Assembly: GCA_964035545.1 (NCBI GenBank)
Contig: OZ037765.1
Location: 30,069,504-30,133,503, forward strand
Origin: Bugula neritina
Lineage: Eukaryota > Animalia > Bryozoa
Direction: 5' to 3'
Length of the DNA stretch: 64,000 bases
This document shows positions 12,901 through 25,692 of this stretch, piece after piece. Numbering within the stretch: position 1 is the stretch's first letter; each line of letters begins with the position of its first letter. A program made the position numbers and the translations under genes. The notes under the pieces were generated by a model. It was not told the origin of the DNA. It saw nothing but the letters and a program-made list of their open reading frames with translations, and did not search any database.

Positions 12901-14954
12901 CTGTTAAATCATGAACATTACTAGCAGTAGTAACAGCGCACTGTCTGTATAGTTTATAACTGTAATGAAGACAAAGGACTAACAAAAGAGCATGAATAGA
13001 ATAAGCTAGTGTTTTCATTTTTCTATGCAGTATATTTGGCTGGTTTACTTCGTTGATTAAATTGACCACAATAAGGAGAATGCAAGCATAGGGTGCCCCA
13101 TGAGAGCAAACGGTGCAATTTTTTCAGACTACAGAATTGGAATAAAACACTTGAATAATCATAGGAAAAGTTTGCAGGCCAGATGCCAAGAAAAACATGT
13201 GTGGAATGATCTCAATGCCAAAATTAATATACTGGTACACTTGGCAATGAACTTTTAGCCATTGTTTAGGTGGGAGAACTAACTTGAGGTTTTTAGAGAA
13301 GTAGAAATAAACGATTACCAACCGGCAGAAACAATAATTAACATATTATGTAAATTTGGCAGGTTACTGATTAGTAGTAGTGCTGTAGTTTGCTAAGTGC
13401 CGGTAACTTCTTGAAACAAGGCTTAGCCTAGCAATCCTCCTGTTGTCCTGATATGCTAGAGCTGCTGGTGTAGAAAATGTAGACCAAACCCTTTGGCCTT
13501 TATTGCACCAGCTAAATCCCAATTCATAACCAATATGATAGTGCATGCGGATTTGGCAGCCCATAATTGAAAAACTGAATAAAATTTGTTCTTACACAAT
13601 TAGCAACAGACCAGCTAAAAAAAGCTATTCCATGCGGTGGTATAACAATAGGTAATAATGGAACTCCTCACAAAAGCAACTCAATGTTTTTTGTATAATC
13701 AGAATAAACGTAAAGTAAAACTCAAGATTTTTAGATGAACTATTCCTGCAAGCCTCCGAGGTTGAATGGCTTTACAGTATTATATTTCAGACATCTAGAT
13801 TTACAGTCAATATTTTTAAATGTTAGCAGAAATATCAACAGGAATTGACTATGACTTCTTTGGCCATTCTTTGGATATAGGCCAAAGAAATAAAAAACAA
13901 GAAACATTCATTTAGTAGTTGAAAAGGCATTTAGAATTGCAATATGCAACACCAGCTTTTCATTCTATATCAAAATAAATTTTAAAATATTTCAAAATTC
14001 TGAGACTAAGCATACTTACTTGTTGCTAAATACAACTAAAATCAAATAAATAAAATTACTAGTCACCTTATACTGTCAGTCATAATCAGGGTCACAGTGA
14101 TAGCTCTAATAATATGGTGATATCACTTTTATAGTCAATTTGGACAATGAGTTTAGCATAACAAATCAAAATATTGTAAAATTTGTATCATCTTACAATT
14201 TAGCAAGCATTGTTGGACGTGAAATTTTACACATATTTTGTATATATACAAATTCTCAGTTTTATAGTCATACTCATACTGATATTCATATTTATACCAG
14301 CTTTTACTGGCACCAGTAAACTGGACTGTATGTTGACCAGCGGTCAACGTAATGCCAGTCTCAGTGACTGTGATTCAACATTATTCACTGGCACAGATAA
14401 CAATGCTGATACTGAGTTGATGTAAACGTTGCAGTAAAACCAATTTATTAAAGGTGCCAGTGTGTGTTACTGTGTAAAAAGTATCTTGTAGCTATAATCT
14501 TCCTTTCAACAAATCAACTCTAAGCAAGTTATTTGAAATTGATTTAAAATTTTATTAAATGTTGGTGACTATGAGAACTAGTCTAGTGAGAGTATATTTA
14601 GTATTTACTACTAAAAATATTAAACTCACAGTCACAGTAATATTCATACTATCAGCATCACTGTCATTAATAATTAATAACTGTCAAGTAAACGAAGCTT
14701 AAGTATGACAATAAGTTATTAACTTTGAGCAACAGCATTACTATCACTACGAGTATGAGTATCAACTCTTTCACTTCCACGTGACAGTATTAGTATAACT
14801 ATAACTATAAGGACTTCCATTTATTTTTAATGAATACTGTAACAATACTGTATTTAATGAATACTGTCACAAGAACGTAAGACCGGTGTCAAATAGTATT
14901 CCTATAAACAAAAATAAGTAAGTAAAAACATTTACTTTTAGCATTTAACCATAC

Positions 14955-15094
14955 CTTGCTATAAGGCCCAAACACGTAGGGGTTGCTTGCCTACTAGTAC
15001 TTGTAGTACTTCTACACGCGCTTGCAAAGCTGTTGCACTGAAAAAGTGCCCAAGTCTTGCACCTCGAAACACCAGCTAAGAATCTGACAACCAT
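14955..15094 (-). CDS. PCK: Distal alternative first coding exon of PEPCK B encoding a putative mitochondrial transit peptide
   Basis: acaATGG start context; 140 nt = 46 codons + AG, then donor GTATGG. Phase 2 matches exon 2 (8678). Peptide MVVRFLAGVSRCKTWALFQCNSFASACRSTTSTSRQATPTCLGLIA(R) has no D/E and is rich in R/S/T/A. Confidence 0.78.
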
Positions 15095-16020
15095 TGTGAC
15101 TCTTGAGTGTACAAGTAATGTTTCCCGGTCAAGAAAAACTAGTGAGTAAAATTGAAAGAATGTGAAACTGGGCGCTGAAGGCACAGTAGCACAACTTTTA
15201 CAACAGTCACAACTGCAATGACGCACAGCTGATCGGACACCACACCGGTTTGTTTTGAACGTAACCCCGTTACGCCGATTTGAACTTTGTAAAAATGCGC
15301 AAATAAACCAATCCCGCAATGACCGACTTATCATTGCGTAACCAAAGGGTTAGAGAGCATAACACGCTGATTAAATACGCTATATCCAATAATGCTAAAT
15401 TTTTCAGCTGTCCCAATTTCCAAGAACTTGAACTTAAAAATTATCAACGGCAACCCATAATAAGTGATAAAGCCGAGTGATATCTAGTTCAAATTTCAAG
15501 GCCAATATTAAGATTAAAAAGCTGTAAACAAATCTATCCTTCTCACTTGCTCTAACTACTGCACTTTTGAAAAGATTTAGGTCCCAAGGAAGGTGCATCT
15601 ATTCGCTTTGTAGCATTTTCTGAGTTCAATTGTTTGTGACAAACTTCCAAACTATGTTGTAGAAAATAAATATTTAGGCCATAGGACACAAACTATTATC
15701 TGAATAAACTTTGCGAAAAAAACTTCTTCAGACAGCTTGTGTTAAAAAAGCAAACCTGAAATCATTTTTATAATTGTCGATTATTGAACGAAGTTGCAGT
15801 GGGTTGAATAGTTGAGACATGATTCCCATTATGTCATTCCCGGCACCGGCTATTCAAATATTTAAACAAGGTTACATGAATATTTTACAGTGTATTTTGG
15901 CAGCTGTAGTAACTAGCCCACTAGCTAACCCATTATATATTATTATTATTATTATATATATTATTATTATATATGTGAATGTCAGGTATGAGTAATGCAG
16001 CAGGGACGTACTTAGCAGGA

Positions 16021-16231
16021 AATGGTGCAGGTCATTTCGTACACAAGTTTTTTCATATCCACTTTTTCAGGTCATCTTTTAAACATTAATATAAATTAAC
16101 TAAAATACATAATTTTTATATTTATTATTTGGGTTTGGGGTTAGTTCATTATTCATTTTGTGTACAGCAGTTTGTGTACTAAACAACCATTTTGTGTAGG
16201 AAACCACTTGTGTACGAAACAACAGGAACTC
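16021..16231. mobile_element. Small MITE-like element
   Basis: Perfect 14-bp inverted repeat TTTCGTACACAAGT (16035-16048) / ACTTGTGTACGAAA (16206-16219). Flanking 7-bp direct repeat AGCAGGA (16014-16020, 16232-16238). AT-rich noncoding interior. Confidence 0.6.
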
Positions 16232-17282
16232 AGCAGGAGAAACCAATAAACTAATATTTCCTTATTGGGAGTTATAGTTCAATGGGAAAAGCCTATTGCT
16301 AGACACACCTACAGAAGTTTGACTAAAGGGTGGTGCTCAGTTTCTATACACAAGTAAGAAAGCCCTGACCCAAACTCAAAGGTGGTTTATTCATAATGGT
16401 CGCCAGCAAGAGGTAAAGCTATATCTAAAACTAAAAAACTGTTTCTGTGCTATTTGAAAACCACAACAATTAGTCTATATAGCCTATTTGTCAGCCCTTA
16501 GTACTATAGGTGTACCCACAGGTCTGGCAACAGAATGCAATACAGTAAGTATGATTTGAATTATTAACTTGCTAGAAATTTTTTCAAAGAAGAATTTTCT
16601 TAACTTTAAAAACGCTCAGCACAGTATTGTAATGAGATAGGTACCATTGGTGTGGAACAATAAATTTTTTGTGTTTTACAGTCCAACTATGCAGAAGGAC
16701 TGTGGTTGAAATTTAAAATTCTTCCCCAAAGAGCCAGAGCGTTAAAGCCTGGAATAACAAGTTGACAATTAAACTGTTTTATTTGTATTTGACACCTTTA
16801 ACCATAATATAATGCAAGATTTCACTTTATGACGGAGTTATCCTTACTATTACTTTCTTTTAATTATCGTAAATGCTGATATTAGCTTAGTTTCATAAAA
16901 AGGGCTGCTAGACAAGAAAAGTTTTCCGCTACAATTTTGTTATTTGTATCAAACATCCGTTTTAGTGCAATGTCGATTGAAGAGTGTAGATTGTAGAAAC
17001 TAATATTAATAATAAGTAGTAATTTCAAAGATAATTAAATTATAATAAAATTATTTTATTACTCATCTAAATGATAAGATAGTACATGCTGAAGATTGTA
17101 AGTATATGCAAAAATGTAAATAAGTATAACAATTGATATGATAATCATAATGAAAACTCAAACTATTAAATTCTTAACGAATAATATTAATAATATTAAT
17201 AATAATGTTACTGATTTAAATTAATATTATAATTAATATTGTAATTAATATCATTATTAATATACTATAATATCAATATTAA

Positions 17283-19307
17283 TACTTGACTTACTTGACT
17301 TACTTGAAGATGCAATCACGTTAGACCACTATATTAGTGTAAGCGACGTGCCTCGTTTGGTGAACAGAATTATTAAATGTAGTTAATACTTTTATCGCAT
17401 AAGTGCAGTTCTGTTTTAAGACTTTGGTGCCAGTACAGGGCCTTATGAGTCCTGTCTGTGAGCAGCATTTGATGTTATTTTCATATCACGTATTGTTCTG
17501 GGTAAGAAGCTGGCATGAAATAGTGAGGTGTTAGTTCTAAAAGTGGTGGGCATGCCATTTGACTGGGACCTGGTGGTAACTGATGTAGTGGGCTGATCGA
17601 TGAGGTGTTCATACGACTTTGAGAGTGAAGGATGATATTCCTCTTTGGCCAGGATCCGCATCAAGAGACTAAGTCGTAGGTCTTTGCGCCTGTTTTGCAG
17701 GGGGTTAATCCAAGCCTAGATCTTGCCTCATCTGAGCCAACCCTGCCTTTAATACCTGCCACAAATCTCACAGCCTGCTCTTGCACTTGCTCAATATCTA
17801 CTACAGCCTTCTTGGAGCTCGGGTCCCACACAGCAGCAGCATATTCTAGGTGAGGACGACACAGGGCTTTGTATGCTATTAACTTCGCCTTTTCTGGTGC
17901 CCAATACAGTGCCCTTTTAATCATCCCGAGTTGTCGTTTTGCTGTGAGTAATTTCTGCTGGATATGCATGTCGAACTTCAGGTCTGATTGTATTGTGACA
18001 CCAAGATACAACGCGTGGTCAACAACTGCGAGAGTCTGGCCTCCAAGTGAATAGTTATGTGTGAATTTTTTGTTACTAAAGATGATGATCTTGCTTTTTT
18101 TCACATTGAAAGACATACCCATCCTACATGCCCAGGAGTCCAAAGAGTTCAGGTTGTGCTGAAAACGGGCTGTGTCCTGCTGGCTTGTGATGGTCTGGTA
18201 CATTAAGGTGTCGTCTGCAAATAGGGCGACTGGGCAATCTACCTCGTTTGGAAGGTCATTGATAAATATCAGGAAAAGCACAGGCCCGAGAACTGATCCC
18301 TGAGGTACCCCTGACGAAACTGGGAGACTGCTTGACACCTTACCATTAAGTATCACCCGCTGGGACCTATCAGTAAGGAAGTTATGTATCCAGTGAAGTA
18401 TATGTGTGTCAATTGTTCCGATCCTGGAGATTTTTTCCATTAGAAGTGCATGCGGCACCTTGTCAAAGGCTTTTGTGAAGTCAAGCACCGCAGCATGAGT
18501 GCTCAAGCCTTTATCTGCCGCACTGAGAATATCATGCATGGTGGCACAGAGTTGTGTCTCACATAATAGCCCTTTTCTAAAGCCGTGCTGTCTGCTGTGG
18601 AGGAAACCATCTATTTTCTCTAGTAAAATACCAAGAACAATGTGCTCTAGTAGCTTACATGGAATGCTAGTTAGGGAGATTGGCCTATAGTTATTGGCAG
18701 AGCTCCTGTCACCACTCTTGAAGATAGGGGTGACATTGGCAGATTTCCAACTGTCAGGGAGTTCACCATGCTGTAGGGACTTGTTATAGATCTGGGTCAG
18801 GCATTCTGCAGTCAGATGTGTATCAATTGTAAGGTCAGCTTTACGTAGTTGGTCTGGCCCTGGAGCTTTCCCATTTTTAAGGCCTGCCAGTAGCTTCTTC
18901 ACTCCCTCGATTTCAATATGGGTGGTGGGTTCATTAGCATGTGTCTTTGGTAGCTTTTGAAGCTGGTGTCCACTGTTGAATTGCTTGTGAAAGTGGTTAT
19001 TTAGGATATCTGCACACTCCACGGCATCATCTGTGGACGAGTTGTTTGGCTTGGTTAGACGAATGAGCTGTTTACTAGTTCGCGTACCCTTTAGGTGTTT
19101 GTAAAATGGTCTGCAGTTGCCTTCAGCCAGAGGTTTGCATATGCGTGACTCCAAATATGCCTTCTTGTGCTGTCGCATATTTTTCTTTGCCTGCTTTCTG
19201 TACTGCGCATATAACTTATGATCAAAAGGGTCACCTGTCTTTTTAAATCTGTTATATAGGGAACGCTGCTTTTTAACCATTTTCCGGCTATCCTGGTTAA
19301 ACCACAT
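17283..19307 (-). mobile_element. 5'-truncated non-LTR retrotransposon (LINE, CR1/L2-group-like) with reverse transcriptase ORF
   Basis: 548-aa ORF with RT motifs KAPGPD, NYRPISL, QHGFR, LDFTKAFD, GVPQGSVLGP, LFADD, YLG. It starts at the WF linker, so the endonuclease and ORF1 are absent. A frameshift near 17700 separates the C-terminus (17443-17664). The 3' tail is a 9-bp tandem repeat (AAGTAAGTC)n at 17283-17307. Confidence 0.92.
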
Positions 19308-20695
19308 AATAATTGGTGTTTAATGTTAATCACTAAAACTTAAAGTTAAACTAATACTAATAGTAATAGTAATAGTAATTCTAAAAGTAAAACTAAAAAT
19401 AAATACTAAGAGTAAGAGTAAGAGCAAGTGTAACACTATGAATATGATTATGTGACATAGTAACACTAACTGTTAGTAATACTAATAGTAATTGATATCA
19501 GTATGTAAAACTAAATAGACATGCTGAGCCTGATGTTTTGTCTCATACTGATACTATCAGGCATATTCATACTCATAGTCATTTATTAAAACTAAATAGA
19601 CATGTAATTGTAAAATACCGTTTAACTTCAACTTCAAAGCATTTAAATTTTAGTATATAAATATGATAATCATAATCATAATGTTACTGATAATTAATAA
19701 TTAACAGTAACTCAGCCTCATAGTTATAGTAATAATCATAATACTCATATATTGATGATGATGCTAATGCTAATACTCATAGTCATAGCAATAGTTGTGT
19801 GTGAATCACTACAGGTTCAAGAGTTAGCTTTTAAAGCTTATGGAGTTTGAGCAATTCACTAAAGTTATTGGTGATGTCTCTATAGGCTATTGTTGAAGTA
19901 ATTGTAAACAGTTTTAGTTTTACAGTTATGCAAACAGTTGTTTTAGAGTGTACTTTAGTCTATGCACACGGTTATAAAATAATTCATGGGAAGAAAATGC
20001 CCTTGAAGTTAAATTGAAGTACAAATCATTTGTCGAGCTGTGGCTACATTCTAAACTGCTAACTGAAAAAAAGACAAAGTTACTTTGGTAACTAGAAGTA
20101 GTATACAAGACAGATTGACGATAGAAAGGCAGAGTAGAAACAGAGAGGCAAAGTAGTAACAGATAGACGGAGTTGGTCTTAAAGAAACAGAGTAACAATC
20201 GATAATATAGTACAAAGCAGCAGATCACCATAATGGAGTTATTTAATAACTTTTACTTGTTATACCATTTATTATTGTTAATTACCTATCACTGGGAAGA
20301 TAGTCTTTTTTGTTATTTTGCTTGTCATAATTAATCAATTATTTTTTGCTGTTGCAATTTTACAATACATTGGAGTTATTACTCAGTGTAAACACTAAAA
20401 TAATTTCCTCCATAAAATTTTAATAGTTATTTTAAATTTGTTTGTATGTAATGTTGATTTATTAGAACTAACTTAAAGTTTTAGTTTAGCTTTAAAAAAT
20501 TAACCTATGATAACAAATATAATCAAGACCAAGACAATGCAACTATTACTTTGACAAAAAATTGTAAAATCAGCAATATGATATAAACGAAATGCTATCA
20601 TGAGCTCAATTTCACTTAATGTGTTTTTTAGTTATCACAACTGTTTGCTACTAGCTAAGTTTACTGAACCCCCCCCCCTCAAGTGTTGATTAAGA

Positions 20696-21244
20696 ATGTG
20701 TGGGATACTCTGCTTGGTTACTGGCTCTGATTGTAGTGACAGCTTCTTAAGGGTAAGGTTGTAAGCCGCTGACATGAAAATTGTTTATAAATAATTTTAA
20801 AATGAAATGTTGAATAGTAAATTTCTAATGTTGACATACTTTCAACTTTGAATACTTTAAAATTTAAATTGACATTGCGCAGTAAGGTTAGTAAGAACAG
20901 GTTAGAAATAATTATATGATTTTATAATCATGTAATATTACTATAACGCTGCTTTAAATAAACTATCAGATGAATTGTCAACAGGGTATCATCAGCAATG
21001 CTGGAAATGGTGGACTGCTTGAGAGAAGAGGCCCTGACTACCAGGGTTACATGGAGACAGGGCTAGACTCAACATGGAAAGTTCTATCATACAGCACTGT
21101 GTTACATATGAGAGGAGAATTGTGTAAGCAGCCAGTGTGCAATTCTACTTCTGGTGGTATTTTGCTATGGAATGGTGAAGTCTTTGGTGGAATTCAGGTA
21201 AAGTTTACGTAAAAGTATTAGGATTTAAATATTTATTCATTTAA

Positions 21245-21281
<37 letters not shown>

Positions 21282-24200
21282 TATAAATAAGTATACGAGA
21301 AACATTGTTGATTTATTACTTTATTAGGCAAAGTAATTATACTGATATTTCGGGTACCACTGTACCCATCTTCAGAGTAGCAATGAATGAAATTCAAAAA
21401 TTATTATGTTATGTTAGACGTTATGCATGACACAAAGAATAGAGAGTGGCAGTTATTGTAAATTATTGAAACTTAGGGAGATAATCTTATTTTATATATT
21501 ACGCAGGTCAAAAATTATACTGATTTTTTTTGCATAAAAAATAAATTAGAGTTGACAAAAAAAATAGATATCTAAATATAAAAACAGCAAGAATTAGTGA
21601 AACTATATATTATATATACTATGCAAATAACGCTTCTGATGGGTTTTTAGGTTTGAAGAGTAAAATATATATGAACAATTATTTTACAGTAATGTTTTTC
21701 TAATTATGTATTTAAATAGTATTTTTGCCACTTTGAAATTGTGTAGGCATTCTATTTTAGGTACCCGACTTGGATAATGATACAGAGGTTCTGATATCAC
21801 TTTTAGATAACTGTAAGGATGATGAGCAGATGTTAAGTGTGTTTAAACAGATACAAGGTCCTTATGCATTTGTTTACATAAAGGTATTATAATCATGCTA
21901 CTGTTTTCATGCCTTCCTCTTATCATTCTTGTATGCAATGTATGCAATGATGTATAATCTAATGTTTTATTTTGTATATTCTTCATAATATAGTGAGTGT
22001 AGTAAAGATTTAAAATGCAGAAACAGGTGTAGACAATTTCTGATTTTAGAGAAATCAGCGTGAACTATGGTTTGGAAGAGATGTATTTGGTAGACGTAGC
22101 CTCACATTTCTGCTTAATCCCGACTCAAAAGACCTGTATTTGTCATCAGTTGCTTTGTCGCAAATCACAGAGGTTAGCTATAGTGGATGATTTATTACGA
22201 GGGTAGCTCCGAAAAATTGAGAAAAGAATAAACTGAATTTTAATATGATTGTTGTCATTAACTATATAGTGTCTTCATGTTAGATTCACTCAATTGATAC
22301 TATCTTGTAAGAACTGATAATGATTACAGTTTAGTAATGAGAATAAAATCCCAAGCTAAAAAAATGGAGAACTATGAATTATTGAAACAAATAGTGAAAT
22401 AGTGACAAAATTTATATAGTATATGAAAAAGTTTTCATTGTTAAACTGATATATGACATGATACAAGTGTTATTGTTACAGCTAAACTCTGGTAGCCAGT
22501 GGAAGGAGCTTGCCGCGGCTGGTATCTACAAGTTAACGGTGGAAGAGGGTGGTTATAAAATAGACTGTTTTCCATGGAAACACAACACCATCATGCCTAA
22601 TGAAGAACTCAGATCATCTATTGTACACGATTCATTGTTGGAACTTCCTAATTTTCATTCCTTAAACTTAACCATTCCGAGCACAGACGACCTCATTGTT
22701 CTACCAGATAGTGTTGATATTGACAAGGTGTTGACTTTAACAGCTACAAATTTTCAACAAGAGTCTGAAAAGCTTTTGGAGAAGTTAAAAATGGCGGTGT
22801 ACCGCAGAGTGGGTGGACATTCCTACGTCTGTGATAAGTGCAGAATCAACAGTAACTGTGCGATGGCACATATATCAGTGATGTTTTCTGGGGGTATAGA
22901 TTCGATGATGTTAGCATACCTAGCTGACCAGTGTGTGCCAAAAAATCAGCCTATTGACTTGTTAAATGTAGCCTTTGAAACAGGAAGTGGTGGAAGCTAC
23001 GATGTTCCTGATAGGGTGACTGGACGACTCGCCCTAACTGAATTGGCTACTGACAGAGTATGGAACTTTGTTGAGGTGTGTAAGTGCCAAATTTGTAGAA
23101 AATATGCATTCAGCTTTTTTAAAATATAAAACATAGTTTTTGTCGGTAAACTTTATAATTGTAGTATTAGGTAGAGATTAGAGATATATTAAAAAGTTAA
23201 CTATTGAACAAATAACGAAATCATCATTAAACATTTCCCATGGTAAATTTTCAAAAAATATCAACATCACCGCTTATGTTGCAAAGTTGCATAACAGCAC
23301 TTTTTGGCATCTTCCATTGCTCTATTACTTTAGAGTTTGTTAAAAGAAAGACAACTCCAATTAGGTTTCTAATAAACTCATTCACATCAGATTATCAATT
23401 GAAAAACAGTAAAAAATGCAATGCCGTTGCTGATAAACAATTAGTTGTTATTTCAACTTTAATGCTGGTTTGTAGATAGATGTAACTAAAGAAGAGTTGC
23501 AAAGATACAGGTAAGTTTCAATGGTAAATTGCAAGCATTTCAACAACTACATTATTTATTTTCATCTCAATTATGAACTTTTTTGATATTGCTCGTCAAG
23601 AGCGAAACTATTGATCAAATGTGTGGATAAAGTAGAAATCCTCAATTCAATTTATATACACAGTCTTTTATGTTGAAGAAAAGAAAGAGTGTCAGAATTG
23701 ATTTGGCCCTTAAATTCTGTGTTAGATGACAGCATTGGATGTGCAATGTGGTTTGCATCTCGGGGGCGTGGCTCAATAGTGTCAGCAGATGGTAGCAAAA
23801 TATTGTATACTAGCACATCGAGAGTTGTCTTATCCGGCCTAGGAGCAGACGAACAACTTGGTGGATATTCCAGGTGAATGTTGGCGACTAAAAGAGTTTT
23901 AGGTTTGGGTTAATTAGTTTTAGCAATATTAAATACTAAATAGCTGAATAAGTAGGAAAAAGCATGGGAAATCCAGCAAAATTAAAAAGAACCTTGATTA
24001 TTTAAGTGTATTTAATGATATTTTACTAGTTTTGAGCAAAAACCTATGTTCATTAGCAGTTGAATTGGGATAAATAGCTAAAACCTGGAGATTTCCAGTG
24101 TGTACTAAATTAAGTAAAATGACCCATATGTATTCTAAGCTTCTATAGTTAATGTTTTAAGTAAATTATAAATTTTACAAACATGACCTTTTCTATAGAT

Positions 24201-25692
24201 ACCTAAATATTATATATCAATTATATGTAGGAATAACTATAATCAAATTTTGCCCATCAACACTGATCACTAGCAGACAAGCTGGCAACTACTCTACTAT
24301 GTTGCATAGAATATATAACTATTTTAGACATAGATCTAGCTTTCAACAAAATGGGTTTGATGGCCTACTAGCAGAAATTGATTTAGATGTTAGTCGTATT
24401 TCAGCAAGGAACTTGGGTAGAGATGACCGGTAAGTTGAAAAAGTAAAAATAAACTGCTAAATCTATAATAACTTTTGAAGCAATTTACAAACTAATTTTA
24501 TGGCAGTACTCGGATATAAAATTTTCAAACCGACATATTAAACTTGTAACATGGTAACCAGCATTTTTCTACAATAATCTGCCATCATACAAACCAATAA
24601 ACTGAAGTTTTTTCTTTGTCACTTGGATACAGTACCAATAATTCCAACTCTGGTAAATTTTGGTGCTGCTATATTCCACACCAACTCTTGATTACTAGCT
24701 GGTCGAAAAATTGTTTCTTTATACTGATCAGGTAGTTGTTCAAGTGTTCCAAGTCCACTTTATTCAGTTTAATACAAGAAACATGAACTATATATAAATC
24801 TAGCTGTCTATTTTAATGATTCTATTACATAATTTTATAAGACTAGTCAAGATGAAAAAGACTACAGTCAGTTTCTAAAAGCTACTTATAAACTAGTGAA
24901 ATGTTGATAATTCATGAGAAGACAGTTATAGAGTTCGTATATGTGTTGGGTCATGAGTTCCAATCCCAGCAGAGAACATCCGGTTACGCTTTTGTTCCAC
25001 AACTATGTTGCTATCGTGGGTGAGGCACAATCTATAGACCACCTAAACCGTTAGGGATACTCGCAGGGACTGCAACTCTAAAGCAATATAAGTAGAGATA
25101 ACTTCAAACATAGTAGTGAAGAAGAGCATCAAGATTTAATAATAATTTCTGTGGTTGCAGAAATACATTTGCTTAAACGTTCCTCAAAAATATAATGATT
25201 TTGTAATAAGCAGGTGATGCTCTAAATTAACTTAACATCGCACTGTACATTCACAGGGTGGTAAGTGATCATGGTAAAGAAGCTCGATTTCCATTTCTTG
25301 ATGAAGAGTTTGTGTCATTCCTTAACAGTTTGCCAATTGAAAAGAAGGTAGGATACACGTATTGTAAAATGAAGTATAATTAACTGGAATTGAACCATGC
25401 TTATTCACTACTTGCAAGCAAGAAGTTTGTAGACCACAAATAATGGTTTGTGACAAGTGGGAATTTATATCCATGTTCTCATGTTGTGTAGATGGATTTG
25501 AGACTGCCCCGAGGCGTTGGCGAGAAGCTGTTATTGCGTGCGTGTGCTACGAAGTGTGGATTACATTCGACAGCTAGACTCGCCAAAAGAGCCATTCAGT
25601 TCGGTTCACGCATAGCCAAGTGTGAAAACAGAAAAGAGAAAGGCTCAGATGTTTGTGATAGATTACATCATGTGCAGGGACATAAAACTTGA
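20696..25692 (+). CDS. ASNSD1: Asparagine synthetase domain-containing protein 1, 10 exons, 582 aa
   Basis: Exons 20696-20752, 20970-21197, 21761-21883, 22050-22172, 22482-23075, 23476-23510, 23679-23873, 24328-24429, 25257-25347, 25492-25692; sum 1749 nt. Ntn-type start MCGI; motifs [73 protein letters not shown]. Confidence 0.95.
21247..21278. repeat. (TA)n microsatellite in ASNSD1 intron 2
   Basis: Continuous TA run. Confidence 0.9.

Noticed and set aside
14945-15334. 129-aa ORF as a standalone gene
   Set aside because: The part from Met 15094 to the donor at 14954 is better explained as a PEPCK first exon. The upstream part has no supporting features.
19800-20695. ASDURF-like upstream ORF (human ASNSD1 mRNA is bicistronic with a prefoldin-like uORF)
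   Set aside because: I found only short uORFs (e.g. about 29 aa from 19928) with no resemblance to the KVY.QQ.NSNIFF motif. A spliced version further upstream cannot be excluded; an acceptor exists at 20631. A tBLASTn/HMM search would settle it.
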